Part shown: positions 1-7,613 of the stretch, piece after piece
Position numbering within the stretch: position 1 is the first letter of the stretch
Layout: the number at the start of each line of letters is the position of its first letter
Assembly (NCBI GenBank): GCA_964520165.1
Contig: CAZFMU010000007.1
Location: 1 to 23,688, forward strand
Length of the DNA stretch: 23,688 nt
Origin: an uncultured Salinarchaeum sp.
GTDB lineage: Archaea; Halobacteriota; Halobacteria; Halobacteriales; Salinarchaeaceae
Reading direction: 5' to 3'
Made by a program: the position numbers and the translations under genes
The notes under the pieces: generated by a model
Told to the model about the DNA's origin: nothing
What the model saw: the letters and a program-made list of their open reading frames with translations, nothing else
Databases searched by the model: none

Positions 1-1080
1 AACTTACGCCCTTCTCAGGTGTAGCCGCGAAGGCATGCCCGCAACCAAGAGATTTTATTACCTCAAGATAACCTTCTCCATTGCTACCAACAATTTACTT
101 TCCAAGAGCGAGGTTCTAATAGATTCGCATTTAGGTCATTGATGGCTCTGGTGAGCTGCACAGTCTCTTGAGCGGTATTGGTCAGTTACGGTGAATTTCG
201 TGGTTGTAATCAAGCTCGTGGCAGTAACGGGCTACTTGCAGCTATGGTGTAGAACCAACGAGAAAGACTTCAGCAGTAACTCAACATTTCTCGCAGGGTT
301 CAGACGGAAACATCTCAGCAATCGATTAAGTTTTCTTGGAGCAAAGGCAATATGGGGAAATCAATGGGTGTCAGAAACAACCATCATTCGGCTGAATTAT
401 GATGCCTCTGATTGCATTGATATAATATATAATAAACATGATAACATATGAGTAATATCTTATAGCTACGCTCCGATCGGATAGAGCCAAACACCATGCT
501 CTACTGCCAACTTGTGTATTGCCTCTCAACCTACAAATAAAGGAGCTCCTGCTGCCAATGAACTACCCCTGCCTACTCGCCGCCGTTGGGAGCTCCTTGC
601 GGCAGGGGCTTCCTGCTTCCACGACGCGCTTTGCAGGAACAACCGTAGTTCCCACAGGGAGCGCAGTCTCCACAGGCGTTGACGAATCACACTGCGATTT
701 GTTCGCCAATCAGAAATCAAAGGGTTCTGGTGACGTTCCTTCGGAGTGTCCCACTCCTACTGGCTGTGACGGCGGTTGTAACCGTCACCCACCTTCTTGT
801 CGGTGTACGGAATGGCGGTCATGAGTGATGCCGGCACAGGTCTAGTTTTTCGGCTGGCATTATAGCAAATCCACGGTTCAGAGTGAACATGAACTGAAGA
901 CAGCACTGTATCCTCTCCTTACTGTGCTGCTTGTCCGCTTTCGCGAATTGCGCTGCTCGCTGAGGACGGGTGCTTAGCGTCTGCAATCAGCCAAATCGGG
1001 GGTTCTATCCATGAGCTGACCGAACTTCGCTCCGAATTGCCCCCTTGTCTTATCTAAACGCTGCCATATAGAAATCACAG

Positions 1081-3060
1081 TCAGGGATGTGTCTCCAACG
1101 CTAATCCTTGATCGTCGATGTAAAACTGCTCCCCGACGCCGTTGCCTTCCAATTGACTGAAGGCCTGACTGATGATGTGTCGGTCAAAGTCAGTGTTCTG
1201 GGCGACTTCCTCAAGCAACACTGTATCTCGTCCGACTTGGTTGATGTACTCTGATGTTATCCAAGCAACGCAGTCTTCAACAGTTTCAGCTTGGACAGCC
1301 CGCTGGAAAATCGAAATGTTCTCTGTGACGATTGGATCGGAGGAGTCATAGATCACTTCACCGCTCTGTAGGTCAACAAGGCAGACGCTTACATGGCGGC
1401 TGTATCGAGTTCTTGCGAGCTCATCCTCAACCACGTGCTGTTTGACCTCGCTAGTCCATCCAGTTGGTGAGGCGACACCAAGAAGATAAGGCACCTCCGT
1501 CTCATGGGCTTCGCGAACTACTCTATTCACGATATGAAGCAAATCGTCCAGATGTGCCGGCTCGGCGTCGAAACCGTGGCGAGCGTGAGCTTCCAGATGC
1601 GAGTGAACGCTCGCTTCGATAATCATCCGTGGGTGGCGGCTGAGTCCGAGGTATCGCTGTTCAGTCACCTCGTATCGTGCTGTCACATTGATCGGGTGCG
1701 TTTCGAGTGTTCCTCCATCTGCCTCCTCAAGCAGATTCTGCATGCGACCGGCTTCATTGCGGTGCTCGTTGTGTCCGTCCCAGTACTGGGAGGTAATGTC
1801 AACCACCTCTGCAGGTAGCTGGAGTGTCTCAAGTTCGTGCATTGTCGTGTCAAACCGACCGATATAATCCATCTCAAATAACCTGGCGGTTTCCGCCGTC
1901 ACAACGTTCTTTCCCTCAATCCCGCCGGTCGTATCGACAGCAGTTTCAATGTCTTCAAGACGGGTTTCGAGGTCGTCTTGGCGATCCTCAAACCGGTCGC
2001 GGGCATGTGCGATCTCCTCACGCTCTTGGCGGAGGCGATCAATCTCGGCTTGGAGTTCAGACCGCTGTTCCTGAAGCCGTTCAAGTTCGTCGGTTACAAC
2101 GTTCGCAGTCGCTTCGGCCACCGGTTCGTGTTCGGCTTCAAGGGCCTCCTGCCGCGCTGACTCCAACTCATCAATCTTGGCTTCCAGTGTCCTCATGAGC
2201 TCCTCTATCTGAGTAATTGATATATCCAACTGATCAACGCCACCAGTCCCAGAAGTATCAACCTCCTCAAGCGCTTCCCGGAGCGCTGCCGTATCGACTG
2301 ACGGCTGTGCAAGTTGACGTTCAATGCGATCAAGCGCCGCATTGAATTCACGCTGTTGTTGGCCAACTTGCTGTTCCAGGGTAGTTTCGAGGTCAGCTAA
2401 CTCTTCCTGAACGGCTGCTTGAATCTGTTCACGCTTTTCAGTCGCATCGGCCACAGCCCCGATCGCTTCCTCAATCTCCTCAACCATATGCTCAAGCCCG
2501 TGCGTTTCGACGTAGAGAAAAAACCCTTCGCGGATGCGATCACGCCGATCTTCATACCGATCAACAAGGCGCTCAATGACATCCTGTTGTACATCTGGAT
2601 GATCAATGAGAGCATCTATGTTGGCGATCTGGGTTGAAGTATACTCCTGAACAAGCTCATAGACTTCTCCATCCATCCGGCGGATGCGCCGCTCAATCTG
2701 CTCCTTGTCAAGCGCGTCAAACTGCTTGTACCGATCAAACTCAACTACTGCCTCCAACTCGGCGTCAATGAAATCATCCTGCATTGGCGGAGGGACATCG
2801 TCATCCGCATAGAACGACGCCGCAATAAGGAGCCGCGCGAGCCGCAGTGAACTCCGGAAATGATCAACCTCGCCGCTCGTAAGAAACTCAGGGCACTCCT
2901 CAAGAAACTCCCAACGCAACTCCTCCTCGTTGGCTTTGATTTCGTTGTATCGCTCGATACGTGAGCGCTCGGGCATACGCCGGAGCGCGGCCAGATCCTC
3001 CGCAAGGATTCGATCGGCCGTGTGTGTGAGGTCGTCAAGCCACGTCTGGCAGTCTGTCAT
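1081..3060 (-). CDS. Large acidic coiled-coil protein (659 aa) with globular N- and C-terminal regions; function unknown
   Basis: Long uninterrupted ORF with halophile-type acidic composition. ATG verified at 3058-3060. The central ~300 aa is heptad-like and rich in E/R/Q/L. The ATG overlaps the stop of upstream ORF 3057..3644 as ATGA, implying co-transcription. No Walker A or other recognisable catalytic motif. Confidence 0.75.
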   Translation of the reverse strand: MTDCQTWLDDLTHTADRILAEDLAALRRMPERSRIERYNEIKANEEELRWEFLEECPEFLTSGEVDHFRSSLRLARLLIAASFYADDDVPPPMQDDFIDAELEAVVEFDRYKQFDALDKEQIERRIRRMDGEVYELVQEYTSTQIANIDALIDHPDVQQDVIERLVDRYEDRRDRIREGFFLYVETHGLEHMVEEIEEAIGAVADATEKREQIQAAVQEELADLETTLEQQVGQQQREFNAALDRIERQLAQPSVDTAALREALEEVDTSGTGGVDQLDISITQIEELMRTLEAKIDELESARQEALEAEHEPVAEATANVVTDELERLQEQRSELQAEIDRLRQEREEIAHARDRFEDRQDDLETRLEDIETAVDTTGGIEGKNVVTAETARLFEMDYIGRFDTTMHELETLQLPAEVVDITSQYWDGHNEHRNEAGRMQNLLEEADGGTLETHPINVTARYEVTEQRYLGLSRHPRMIIEASVHSHLEAHARHGFDAEPAHLDDLLHIVNRVVREAHETEVPYLLGVASPTGWTSEVKQHVVEDELARTRYSRHVSVCLVDLQSGEVIYDSSDPIVTENISIFQRAVQAETVEDCVAWITSEYINQVGRDTVLLEEVAQNTDFDRHIISQAFSQLEGNGVGEQFYIDDQGLALETHP

Positions 3061-3644
3061 GGGTGGTCTGAAGGACTTTGGCTCGCCGCGTATTCGGCAA
3101 GTTCGGTTTCGAAAAACTCCGCAAGAAACGATGGAGCGGGCGGATAACCGGAGATGCGAATCCGGATGTCGACACCGTCCTCTGTCGTCTGCAATTGGTA
3201 CGACGCCTCCGCGCGCCCTTTTTTTGTGTACAGTTCGTACTCGTTACGACTCGCAGACTGGAGGACAGCCTTCTTCTTCGAGAGCACGTATTCAAGAAAG
3301 GACTCAACCGCATCCGCAGATGCATCGATGCTCTCCTCAACAGTGACCAACTGCGGCTCAACGTCGGCGTCAGCCGGCTCAATCCGGTACGTCTCAATCT
3401 GATCTTCAGGAATCTTCGAGAGGAGTCTCTCGTACAACTGCTCATGATTAACACCAGCGGCAAGACGGACGAGTCCGTCTGGGGTTGTAACTTCCCCGTC
3501 GTCCCAGTTGCTGAACAAGTACTCTGCACGCTTGCGCTCGGCGTCTTCCGTATACTCGACGACGTAAAGATATCGCTCGTCGCGACGATTTTCAACCATA
3601 GTGGGTACTTCGGCTGGGGATGGCGGCCGACTGACCAACACCAT
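3057..3644 (-). CDS. Hypothetical acidic protein (195 aa), first gene of a two-gene operon with 1081..3060
   Basis: ATG verified at 3642-3644. A TATA-like 'gttata' lies about 28-33 nt upstream on the minus strand (plus-strand 3672-3679). The stop overlaps the start of the downstream gene by 4 nt. Halophile-type composition. Confidence 0.7.
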   Translation of the reverse strand: MVLVSRPPSPAEVPTMVENRRDERYLYVVEYTEDAERKRAEYLFSNWDDGEVTTPDGLVRLAAGVNHEQLYERLLSKIPEDQIETYRIEPADADVEPQLVTVEESIDASADAVESFLEYVLSKKKAVLQSASRNEYELYTKKGRAEASYQLQTTEDGVDIRIRISGYPPAPSFLAEFFETELAEYAASQSPSDHP

Positions 3645-3698
3645 TGATGAGTGTCGATCGGCGTCCGAACATCCTATAACACTATTCCTACGTGCAGC

Positions 3699-3729
3699 CT
3701 ATTAATAGTTGTCTCCAATATGGAGACAA
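3699..3729. promoter_or_regulatory. Two adjacent perfect palindromes in a divergent promoter region: ctattaatag (3699-3708) and ttgtctcca-ata-tggagacaa (3709-3729, 9-bp arms)
   Basis: Read directly from the sequence. They lie between the divergent starts at 3644 (minus) and 3805 (plus). The AT-rich context has TATA-like hexamers. Confidence 0.35.
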
Positions 3730-3804
3730 ATATTAGTATACAAAGAGTACAAAACTTTAAGTAAGTCGAGATAGAGACCGCAAACGGGTGGTGCCAACGA
3801 GATC

Positions 3805-4083
3805 ATGAACTTCACACTCTGGCTCGCGATTGTGTTTGGTGTCAACCTCATTCTTGGGGTTGGCCTCATCATCGGGGTCTTCGGCTTCATGGAACGACAT
3901 GTGTCGCTGGGGGCTACTGGTGGCATTGTAGCCGGGACGGGGTTGATTTACGCGCAGGCGACTTTCGGTGAGCAGATGCTGAAAGTATCTGTTTCCGAGA
4001 TGAAGCTGCTTGTGATTGCCGCGTCCGTTGCCGCCGTAATCGGCGTTGTCGGGACGGTACTTGTTTTGAAGCCGAATCTGTAG
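3805..4083 (+). CDS. Small membrane protein (92 aa, two predicted TM helices)
   Basis: ATG verified at 3805. Hydrophobic segments lie at about residues 4-27 and 68-88. It ends 48 nt upstream of, and on the same strand as, the ESCRT-III-like and Vps4-like genes. Confidence 0.6.
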   Translation: MNFTLWLAIVFGVNLILGVGLIIGVFGFMERHVSLGATGGIVAGTGLIYAQATFGEQMLKVSVSEMKLLVIAASVAAVIGVVGTVLVLKPNL

Positions 4084-4101
4084 CAGATAGTAACGGAAAA
4101 G

Positions 4102-4108
4102 AAATATA
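4102..4108 (+). promoter_or_regulatory. TATA-box-like element (aaatata) about 27 nt upstream of the ATG at 4132, suggesting a leaderless or short-leader transcript
   Basis: Archaeal TATA boxes sit about 26-30 nt upstream of the transcription start site. The spacing to the ATG fits a leaderless haloarchaeal mRNA. Confidence 0.35.
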
Positions 4109-4131
4109 CACGAACACAACAATTCAACACT

Positions 4132-4782
4132 ATGGAACTTCGAGACTGGGTCAAAGAACGGTTCGGAACAACTGACACGGAAACGCTTATCGACGAAAGC
4201 GTGTACAGCCGTGATAACCTTCGCAAGGACAAAGCAAAGCTTGAGCAAAGCCTTCGACAGTTGGAAAGCGAGATGGATAAGCACGCAAAAAAGTACGAAA
4301 AGTTGCTTCAGAAAGGCTCCGATGCCGATGAGCTCAGCCGCCAGCAGTACGCGCAGAAGGCGAAATTCGAAAAAAAGAAGTACGAAATCAAGAAGAAAAA
4401 GCACAAGGCCGAAAGTATCAAGCTCGGAACAGTTATCTCAATCGAAGGAATGCGCGAAGTGCTGGCAATGCAAGATGGACAGGACTACGAGCTAGATCGC
4501 CTCTTCGATGGCGACCTTGACGCACAGGAGCTCCAGAGTCAGGTCATGGATGAGATGGCCCAGTTCGGGCTAGAGATTGACGACATGAAGCAGGTTCAGG
4601 AGGCACTTGATATCGAGATCATCGATCAGGATCTCGAAACGGGGGTCTCCGAGGAACTTGAGATTATGGAAGAAATGGCAGCAGGTGATATCTCAGAGGA
4701 ACAGATCGACATTGAAGAGAATGTCGACATTGAAGAGGAAGATATCAATCTTAGCGTCAATCAGCCAAGCCGGACACTCTAA
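4132..4782 (+). CDS. ESCRT-III / Snf7-family-like protein (216 aa)
   Basis: About 210 aa, all alpha-helical. The N-terminal half is basic (KFEKKKYEIKKKKHK) and the C-terminal tail is extremely acidic, which is the ESCRT-III charge asymmetry. Segments resemble Snf7-domain helices (LRKDKAKLEQSLRQLESEMDKHAKKYEKLLQKG; MDEMAQFGLEIDDMKQVQEALD). It is followed after 3 nt by a Vps4-like MIT-AAA ATPase. Confidence 0.6.
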   Translation: MELRDWVKERFGTTDTETLIDESVYSRDNLRKDKAKLEQSLRQLESEMDKHAKKYEKLLQKGSDADELSRQQYAQKAKFEKKKYEIKKKKHKAESIKLGTVISIEGMREVLAMQDGQDYELDRLFDGDLDAQELQSQVMDEMAQFGLEIDDMKQVQEALDIEIIDQDLETGVSEELEIMEEMAAGDISEEQIDIEENVDIEEEDINLSVNQPSRTL

Positions 4783-4785
4783 GTT

Positions 4786-5943
4786 ATGTCCCTTGAGCGG
4801 AGTGCGCAGAGGAAACATTTCGAGTCAGAGTATCAGCGATACCGGTATTTAGCCGAACAAGCACGGTCGGAGGGACACGTAGAGAAGGCAGCCCGGTATT
4901 ATCGCCAGTGTGCAAGCGTACTCACGAACTTAGCGGATCTTGAGTCAAGTTCGCGAATCACGCAAGAACGACTTGAACTCGCGCAGAATCTCGTCACAGC
5001 GGCCGATCAACTTGAGACCGATGGGGAGTTGACAAACGAAACGGTCGATAACGAACAAGAACCGGATCCGAAGACGCCTACAGATGAAGCACCTTCCACT
5101 TCCGAGGATCAACCATCTTCAAGCGACGAGGAGCCCTCAGCTACAGCGTATTTATCTGAGCCTCCGTCGCTTACCTTTACGGATGTAGGCGGCATGATAG
5201 AGTTGAAAGAGACACTCAAGGATCGGGTCATTGATCCTCTTGAGCGTCCAGAGTTGTACGAACAGTACGATTTGGGCGTAGTCAATGGCGTGTTGTTATA
5301 CGGCCCTCCTGGAACTGGGAAAACATACATCACGAAAGCCTTAGCCGGTGAACTTGAGTACAATTACATTGAGGCTCGCGCATCTGATCTCACAAGTTCA
5401 CTTGTTGGCGAGGCCGCTGACAACATGGCCGAGTTGTTCAAAGTCGCTAGAAACCACCAGCCGTGCCTCCTCTTTTTCGACGAGATCGACGCGATTGCCG
5501 CTGAACGGAGTGGCGGTGATCAAAAGACGATGAGCGAGAGCCAGATGATCACCCAGTTTTTGACTGAAATGTCAAATACGAAGGGAGAGGACGTGATTGT
5601 CGTCGGGGCAACCAATCTTCCCGATGATATCGACGGGGCGGCTTGGCGTCGGTTCGACGAGCGTATCAAGGTACCACCACCGGATGCCGCAGCACGAGTG
5701 GCAGTACTACGAATCCATCTTCGTGACCGACCGGTTCTGACCGAGCATATCGATTGGGACCATATCAAAGCGCTCACCGATGGATACTCTTCGAGTGATC
5801 TTGAACTCATCGCGGCAACAGCAGCACGCAAGGCGCTCAAGGAAGCTCGGGAGAACGGTGATGTTGTGCCGATCACTCAGGATCACATCGAAACGGCGAT
5901 TGAAGAGACTGACTCAAGTCTACAGGCATGGAATACGTCCTAA
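4786..5943 (+). CDS. Vps4/CdvC-like AAA+ ATPase with an N-terminal MIT domain
   Basis: The N-terminus (EGHVEKAARYYRQCASVLTNLADL) aligns with the Vps4/CdvC MIT three-helix bundle. An acidic S/T/P linker follows. The single AAA domain has Walker A GPPGTGKT, Walker B LLFFDEID, sensor-1 Asn (GATNLPDDID) and an SRH with arginine fingers (AAWRRFDERIKVPPPD), as in Vps4 (AIRRRFERRIYIPLPD). ATG verified at 4786, 3 nt after the stop of the previous gene. Confidence 0.9.
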   Translation: MSLERSAQRKHFESEYQRYRYLAEQARSEGHVEKAARYYRQCASVLTNLADLESSSRITQERLELAQNLVTAADQLETDGELTNETVDNEQEPDPKTPTDEAPSTSEDQPSSSDEEPSATAYLSEPPSLTFTDVGGMIELKETLKDRVIDPLERPELYEQYDLGVVNGVLLYGPPGTGKTYITKALAGELEYNYIEARASDLTSSLVGEAADNMAELFKVARNHQPCLLFFDEIDAIAAERSGGDQKTMSESQMITQFLTEMSNTKGEDVIVVGATNLPDDIDGAAWRRFDERIKVPPPDAAARVAVLRIHLRDRPVLTEHIDWDHIKALTDGYSSSDLELIAATAARKALKEARENGDVVPITQDHIETAIEETDSSLQAWNTS

Positions 5944-6018
5944 TCATCCACGTCATCAAAACCCAAGTAGTGGTCTCTTCTCGCTGTATATAAACAACGA
6001 AATATAGCCGATGCTGTA

Positions 6019-6735
6019 TTACTGTTTGGCTTCGGTTGTCGCAAGCGCGACAGTAATGTTGTCGCTCCCGCCGTTGTTGTTTGCCTGAGCAATGAGATTA
6101 TCCGCCGCTGCGGACAGTGAGGTCGCATTCGTAACAGTGCGGTAGATCTGCTCATCGCTGACCTCCTCGGAGAGACCGTCAGAACACAGTAGGAGCGTTC
6201 CGGATACCGTATGCTCGTAAAAGTCCGGGTCAATATCTTCATTTGTACCGATCGCCTGCGAGACCACATTCCGCTGTGGATGTGTCTCTGCTTCGGCTTC
6301 GGTAATGTGGCCGGCTTCAACCAGCTGCTGGACAAGCGACTGGTCGGTGGTCACTTGGACAATGTTATCCCCGATATGATAGGCGCGACTATCGCCGACA
6401 TTGGCAATGATGGCCTCCTGCTCATTGATCACAGCCGCCACTAACGTGGTGCCCATCCCACGGTCGCCACCGGCATCTGGATGGCTGCGGACGGCAGTGT
6501 TGGCGGCAGTGATACCGGAAGCGAGGGCTACTTTCCAGTCACCGGTAGTGGTACGAAGCCTTTCCTTGAGCGTAGAGAGCGTCCGTTGACTCGCGACATC
6601 ACCAGCTGCGTGCCCACCCATCCCGTCTGCAACAGCGATTAGACCAACACCGTCAATTTTGACGGCGGTAACAGCGTCCTCGTTGTGTGAGCGCTGTCGT
6701 CCGGTGTCCGTTCGGGTTGCGAAGTGAACGGTCAT
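6019..6735 (-). CDS. PP2C-family (PPM) Ser/Thr protein phosphatase
   Basis: Canonical PPM motifs are present: TDTGRQRSHNED, AVADGMGGHAAGDVAS, DSRAY, LLCSDGL and GGSDNIT. ATG verified at 6733-6735. 238 aa. Confidence 0.9.
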   Translation of the reverse strand: MTVHFATRTDTGRQRSHNEDAVTAVKIDGVGLIAVADGMGGHAAGDVASQRTLSTLKERLRTTTGDWKVALASGITAANTAVRSHPDAGGDRGMGTTLVAAVINEQEAIIANVGDSRAYHIGDNIVQVTTDQSLVQQLVEAGHITEAEAETHPQRNVVSQAIGTNEDIDPDFYEHTVSGTLLLCSDGLSEEVSDEQIYRTVTNATSLSAAADNLIAQANNNGGSDNITVALATTEAKQ

Positions 6736-6826
6736 GATTCGATAGCTGCAGGTATTAACGTGAGTCTGCCTTGTGACTGGAAGTGTGTAACCCGAGTATT
6801 TGATTGAGAATGATCACGATAGTCCA

Positions 6827-7528
6827 TTACTCTTGAGGAAGTGACGCACCACAATACGGACAGAAGGCTGCGTCAGAGCTAATTTCTTCGCCGCACTGTG
6901 GACAGAATTGCTGCGTTGACGACGACTGTGCATTCGCCGCTGCGGCGACTTCCTCCGGGCTCTGTGTCTCAACTCGCCCCGAGTCGGATCCATCGGCGAT
7001 ATCTGAGCGGTTGACAACACTATCTTCGACGGTCGTTGACCGATCGATACTATCGCCCATGACGACATCCCCGTCTCCCCGATGGACAACGTTGTTTTCG
7101 ACTCTAGCTTCCGAGACTGTTTCCAAATGAAATGAGGTCTGATACCCGATCGTGATCGTCGCATCATTCGATACCGTCTGAAGGTGACCTTGTGGAACGT
7201 CATGGGTCGTTCCCTGCGACTCAACGGTCACACCGTTGGAGTTCGCCTGGTTGCGAATTTCAATCGTCTGGTCCTGCGGTACCACGACGACCGGAGCGAG
7301 ACCCTCTTTCTTTCGCGATACCGTCACATCGCCAATACCGAGATCAATGATATCTGAAGGGGTTTCAGCGATAATGGTCGTTCCGTCGCCCGAGTCACGA
7401 TAGAGTTCGATACGTCCGTCTATCGGGAGTTTTCCGCCGTCCCCGGAGGCAACCGACAGATATCCTTTCATACGTATTGTGTGAGTTAATTGGAATTCGT
7501 CGTTCGGTTGAGGTTGTTGGGTAGCCAA
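6827..7528 (-). CDS. FHA-domain (phosphothreonine-binding) protein with a C-terminal Cys4 zinc ribbon
   Basis: The N-terminal region matches the FHA signature: G-R, then S-R (VTVSRKKEG), then N-G (ANSNGVTV). The C-terminus is CPQCG-x10-CPYCG. The track start at 7526-7528 is TTG. An in-frame ATG at 7469-7471 (MKGYLSV...) is the more likely true start. The architecture resembles Sulfolobus ArnA, which also combines a zinc finger with an FHA domain. Confidence 0.75.
   Translation of the reverse strand: MATQQPQPNDEFQLTHTIRMKGYLSVASGDGGKLPIDGRIELYRDSGDGTTIIAETPSDIIDLGIGDVTVSRKKEGLAPVVVVPQDQTIEIRNQANSNGVTVESQGTTHDVPQGHLQTVSNDATITIGYQTSFHLETVSEARVENNVVHRGDGDVVMGDSIDRSTTVEDSVVNRSDIADGSDSGRVETQSPEEVAAAANAQSSSTQQFCPQCGEEISSDAAFCPYCGASLPQE
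7002..7040. repeat. DNA-level copy of a shared C-terminal tail module (encodes ...TTVEDSVVNRSDI...), paralogous to 9019..9047 and more weakly to 8671..8724
   Basis: tctgagcggttgacaacactatcttcgac (7002-7030) matches tctgagcggttaatgacactatcacttac (9019-9047) at 23 of 29 nt. Both lie within different genes. Confidence 0.45.
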
Positions 7529-7613
7529 ACCTGTAATCCGGAATCGTGTCCCATGCGTTGGCCCGTATTGCTAAGACATAGCCACGATGGCATAAAATTC
7601 AGGATACTACACA

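Noticed and set aside
191-824. ORFs 191..451 and 519..824 as protein-coding genes
   Set aside because: Basic, W/C/F-rich, non-halophilic composition. 519..824 is mirrored by an ORF on the opposite strand. The region is more likely non-coding.
540-830. Specific call of the GC-rich island as SRP (7S) RNA
   Set aside because: There are only vague resemblances to helix-8 motifs (for example GCAGGAACAACCGTAG against ...AGCAACGGTAG), and I could not identify the conserved GGAA tetraloop context. This is too weak without a covariance-model search.
1504-3060. Many plus-strand and other-frame ORFs (1504..1818, 1824..2198, 2930..3346, 3078..3647 and others) overlapping the large minus-strand genes
   Set aside because: They are antisense or out of frame to long ORFs of clear halophile composition. 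They encode R/S/C-rich non-acidic peptides typical of spurious GC-rich frames.
1081-3644. Two-gene coiled-coil operon as an SMC/Rad50-like or anti-phage defence pair
   Set aside because: Neither protein has a Walker A/B or nuclease motif, so there is no basis beyond size and coiled-coil content.
3757-4404. 215-aa minus-strand ORF spanning the small membrane protein gene and the start of the Snf7-like gene
   Set aside because: It is hydrophobic and basic, is antisense to two better-supported plus-strand genes, and has no promoter context.
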